Shown here: positions 60,759 through 64,000 of the stretch, piece by piece
Numbering within the stretch: position 1 is the stretch's first letter
Layout: each line of letters opens with the position of its first letter
From: Nostoc sp. DedSLP01
GTDB taxonomy: Bacteria > Cyanobacteriota > Cyanobacteriia > Cyanobacteriales > Nostocaceae
Direction of reading: 5' to 3'
Length of the DNA stretch: 64,000 nucleotides
Assembly: GCA_034530875.2 (NCBI GenBank)
Contig: JAVRCJ020000003.1
Coordinates: 1 to 64,000, forward strand
Position numbers and translations under genes: made by a program
Notes under the pieces: model-generated
What the model was told of the DNA's origin: nothing
Database searches by the model: none
Seen by the model: the letters and a program-made list of their open reading frames with translations, nothing else

Positions 60759-61769
60759 ACAAGTATTTTTATTAACATCAAAACTTCAGAAACCTAACTC
60801 CCTTAGCCTCCCTTTTCTACAAGAAAATGGGGGTTGCAAAACCTCTCTCTGTTTCCAAGAGAGGTGTAGAGAGGAATTGATAGTACACTTTATGGCTTTT
60901 CCAAATTCTCTAAAGAGAGAAATATAGTAGATGACTTCATTCGACATCTGCAAATAAAGTGCGAGTACGATAGAAAGCTGTTTATTTTTTTCTATTAGCT
61001 CTTTATTCAGCTTTTTAGCAGTTAATTGCTGTTCTATTTAATATCACAAAATGTTTTATTTTGTGTACCAAATTTGCTAAATTTTTTATAAAGTTTAGAT
61101 GAATTCTTAAGAATAGCCAAATAATGTCTTGACAGACTGAGCATGAATTTACAATACTACTAACAAATACTTATGTGCGTATAAAAACGCTGATTTAAGT
61201 CTGTTTTTTGGCAAAAGTTTTTCCTCTAGACGAGTTATTTCATTTATTTGCTATTACACTTTTCTTTTGAAAGTGAGCATTAATTTAAGGTTTTTGCTGC
61301 AAGAAATATGTCATATTTTACTGACACATGACGCTAAGATTTTTTAGCACAGCGGACTTGTGCTGGAATTAATCAAATTTTCAGGGTTGCATCTTCGCAG
61401 GATAACTAAGGCTACGACAGACAAAGCATTATAGTACTGCACATGATGTAAGATAGCTTTACCATTTTTACTGAAGTATGGATATTGAAGTGCATAAAAA
61501 TACTTCCTAAATAAATATTAATTTAGGAATTAATAATTGGGTTGGTTTACTATCGCGACCATTATTTTTCTGCTAGCCTGAGCATTTTTGATTTTGGTGT
61601 TTGTTAGACCAAGTTTGAACTAAACGGTTGAAAAATCTTTACTTTTTCTCAAAAAATAAACGCACAAAATAAATTTTTTAGGTGCATCTACACGAACTAA
61701 GGCAAAGTAGCGACAAATGTAAATGTTACATCTCAAAAAACTGAAATTCTAAAAAAGGACTGAAATGAA

Positions 61770-63998
61770 ATGGCTACTCCTAAAGTAATCTCTTCGTTAT
61801 TTACACCTGCCAGCGATCTAGTCTTTGGAGGGCAAGTAAATTTTGAAGCCATTTTCGGGCGTGCAGGAAACGATCTGATTTACAGTTACGATCCTGATGT
61901 AGATAATACTCAAAGTCAAAATATTGATTTTTTGTTTGGCGACCTATTTGATAATTCACCAGAAGAATTTGGGGTTATTCTTAATATTCAACAAGGTAAT
62001 CTCTTAGCTATTTTAGATACAAATATACCATCAGTAGGAAAGGATAAATTTATTCTTGGCGACAAAAACCAACCCTACTACACAAATAATGGCAGCCCAG
62101 GCAATTTACTCACCACAGATTTTCTTGGTTTGAATGAGTACGCCTTAATTTATGATTTCAGTCCGTCTCAAGATACTATACGGCTAAATGGCAAAAAAGA
62201 AGACTATCGAATAGTAGAAATTAATGGATTAAAGGTTGAGGGAATCGAACCACTTTTTTATGGAAAGGCAATTTTTTCAATCCAACAGGGAATACCTGAC
62301 CTCGTTAGTTTTGTAATTTCCAAACCTGAAGTAGATTTAGATCTTAATGGATCGTATTTCGAGTTTATAGGCGAAAAACCACTAACAAAACCAGCAAAAA
62401 AGAAGATTGGGCAATTAGGAACTACTGCTATAGATGTTGGTACTGCTGCCGCTACAGATCCTTCGGGCAATGTATACATAGCAGGATTTACTGGCGGCTC
62501 TTTGCAAGGAACCAGTAAAGGTTCTACAGATGGCTGGGTAATTAAATATGATAAAAGTGGCAATCAGTTGTGGGGTAAACAGATTGGTAGTTCTAATTTG
62601 GATCAAATCTATTCTACAGTCACAGACAAGGACGGTAACTTTTATTTAGCAGGGCCTACAGGGGGCAACTTATTTGGAGCCAAACAATCACAAGATAGTG
62701 ATGTTTGGGTAGCTAAGTACGACAAAAATGGTAATCAGTTGTGGGGTAAACAGTTTGGAACTAATGTAACTGGAGGTTTTGCTAATGCTAGCTTTGGTCT
62801 AGATGTAGATGAAAAGAACAATGTCTACTTATCGGGATTAGCAATTAAGGAAAATACAAATCTGAACATTTTCAATTTTCCCGTTCAAGATGATTCTTGG
62901 GTGGCTAAATTCGATAGTAATGGTAATCAGCAGTGGTTTACGCAAATTAAAGATCCGAATGCGGGTTTCCCTTTTAACCTAGCTCCCTTTTTTGACGAAA
63001 CTTACGATCTTGCCGTCGATAAGGATGGCAATAGTTACCTTTCAGGATGGACTCAAGGTTTAGTAAAAGAGTCAGACCCGTCTCGAAATCTTTTAAAGTA
63101 CGATGCTTGGTTGGCGAAGGTCAATCCCGGCGGTCAGGTACAGTGGGTTCAGCAGTTTGGGAGTAAAAATGAGGGTACTGAATTTTCATGGGCTGTTGAC
63201 ACTGATAGTAAGGGAAATATCTATGCTACCGGATGGACTACAGGCGACTTAGGAACAAAGGATAAAAAGGGTAGCAAAATCGGATCTTACGATGTTTGGC
63301 TGGCTAAGTTTACCCCAGATGGAACTCAGGTGTGGGCTAAACAGTTTGGCTCTAAAGGTGATGATGGCGTCTACTTATCTGACTTAGAGATTGATTCACA
63401 AGACAACATCTTCTTGACAGGATATTCTAACGATAAGTTAGGAAAAGGCAACAAAGATACGGCTTATAATGCTTTTGTCGCAAAGTTCGACACTAACGGC
63501 ACAAACAAGTGGATTCAACAGTTCGGCAGCAAATCCAGACTCGACTACGCTACAGGTCTTACTGCTGACGATACTGGTAGGCTTTTCGTTACTGGAGTTA
63601 CAGATGGCTTATTGGGCAGTGGTACTAGTGCAAATAATGGCTCGGCTTTAGATGCTTGGGTGGCCGAACTTAATGCAAATAATGGTAAACTACGAAAATT
63701 TACTGGCACTGCAAACGATGTAATTAGTATTACCGATCCCGGGCCAATCCCCACTATTGATGTAACTGATGATTTTGTGACTGATGATAAGTTACCTAGT
63801 GGTGATAATATCATTGACCCCGCTAAGGGAATCAATACGGACGTCAAGTCATTTAATTATGGACAATTCTCTTCTAAACTTGGCGATATATTCGACCCTA
63901 ACGAACAAAACTCTTTTGCTTCAGTATTGTCTCGGGGAGTTAGTAGTGGTAATGCTCCCTTCCTCAGTAATGATGATTTAAAATTTTTACAACGTTAA
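61770..63998 (+). CDS. CylK/BrtB-like protein: RTX-like Ca-binding N-terminal region + SBBP beta-propeller (candidate alkyl-halide-using alkylating enzyme)
   Basis: GRAGNDLIY, DFLFGD, DKFILGD..PYY, ALIYDFSPSQDTIRLNG, then about seven D..GN.Y..G.T.G..D.W..K.D..G.Q.W..Q.G repeats; stop TAA 63996-63998. Confidence 0.78.
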   Translation: MATPKVISSLFTPASDLVFGGQVNFEAIFGRAGNDLIYSYDPDVDNTQSQNIDFLFGDLFDNSPEEFGVILNIQQGNLLAILDTNIPSVGKDKFILGDKNQPYYTNNGSPGNLLTTDFLGLNEYALIYDFSPSQDTIRLNGKKEDYRIVEINGLKVEGIEPLFYGKAIFSIQQGIPDLVSFVISKPEVDLDLNGSYFEFIGEKPLTKPAKKKIGQLGTTAIDVGTAAATDPSGNVYIAGFTGGSLQGTSKGSTDGWVIKYDKSGNQLWGKQIGSSNLDQIYSTVTDKDGNFYLAGPTGGNLFGAKQSQDSDVWVAKYDKNGNQLWGKQFGTNVTGGFANASFGLDVDEKNNVYLSGLAIKENTNLNIFNFPVQDDSWVAKFDSNGNQQWFTQIKDPNAGFPFNLAPFFDETYDLAVDKDGNSYLSGWTQGLVKESDPSRNLLKYDAWLAKVNPGGQVQWVQQFGSKNEGTEFSWAVDTDSKGNIYATGWTTGDLGTKDKKGSKIGSYDVWLAKFTPDGTQVWAKQFGSKGDDGVYLSDLEIDSQDNIFLTGYSNDKLGKGNKDTAYNAFVAKFDTNGTNKWIQQFGSKSRLDYATGLTADDTGRLFVTGVTDGLLGSGTSANNGSALDAWVAELNANNGKLRKFTGTANDVISITDPGPIPTIDVTDDFVTDDKLPSGDNIIDPAKGINTDVKSFNYGQFSSKLGDIFDPNEQNSFASVLSRGVSSGNAPFLSNDDLKFLQR

Positions 63999-64000
63999 GG

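Noticed and set aside
1..64000. tRNA/rRNA genes, intact transposases, and the remaining short antisense ORFs in the track
   Set aside because: No cloverleaf, rRNA or transposase signatures seen by eye; the short ORFs overlap well-supported genes

Overview
Chromosomal window from a heterocyst-forming (Nostocales-type) cyanobacterium, judged from abundant HIP1 GCGATCGC, heptamer STRR tracts, xisH/xisI, psaD and NtcA/LexA boxes. Positions 1-36.3 kb are mostly core genes (inositol monophosphatase-like, two histidine kinases, ynfA, amt, ispH, cbiE/T, S-layer protein, GH2, uvrA, trpE, psaD, glycogen debranching enzyme, thrS). They are interspersed with small repeats, some nested and some inserted in frame into genes, plus a small RusA-like + PD-(D/E)XK/HEPN module. 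From 37.4 kb to the window end is a ~26.6 kb all-plus-strand biosynthetic cluster: REC-AraC regulator, FAAL, ACP, CylC-type dimetal halogenase, PKS (KS-AT-KR-ACP), non-elongating KS-AT-ACP, a TubC_N-docked protein with a class II aldolase-like C-terminus, SDR, GT4, GMC oxidoreductase, GT28-like, UDP-galactopyranose mutase, MFS exporter and a CylK/BrtB-like beta-propeller protein. It probably makes a chlorinated glycolipid and may be related to the nostochloroside cluster. No thioesterase or C domain is visible in the window, so chain release may use an undescribed mechanism. All calls come from manual motif reading; no database searches were run.
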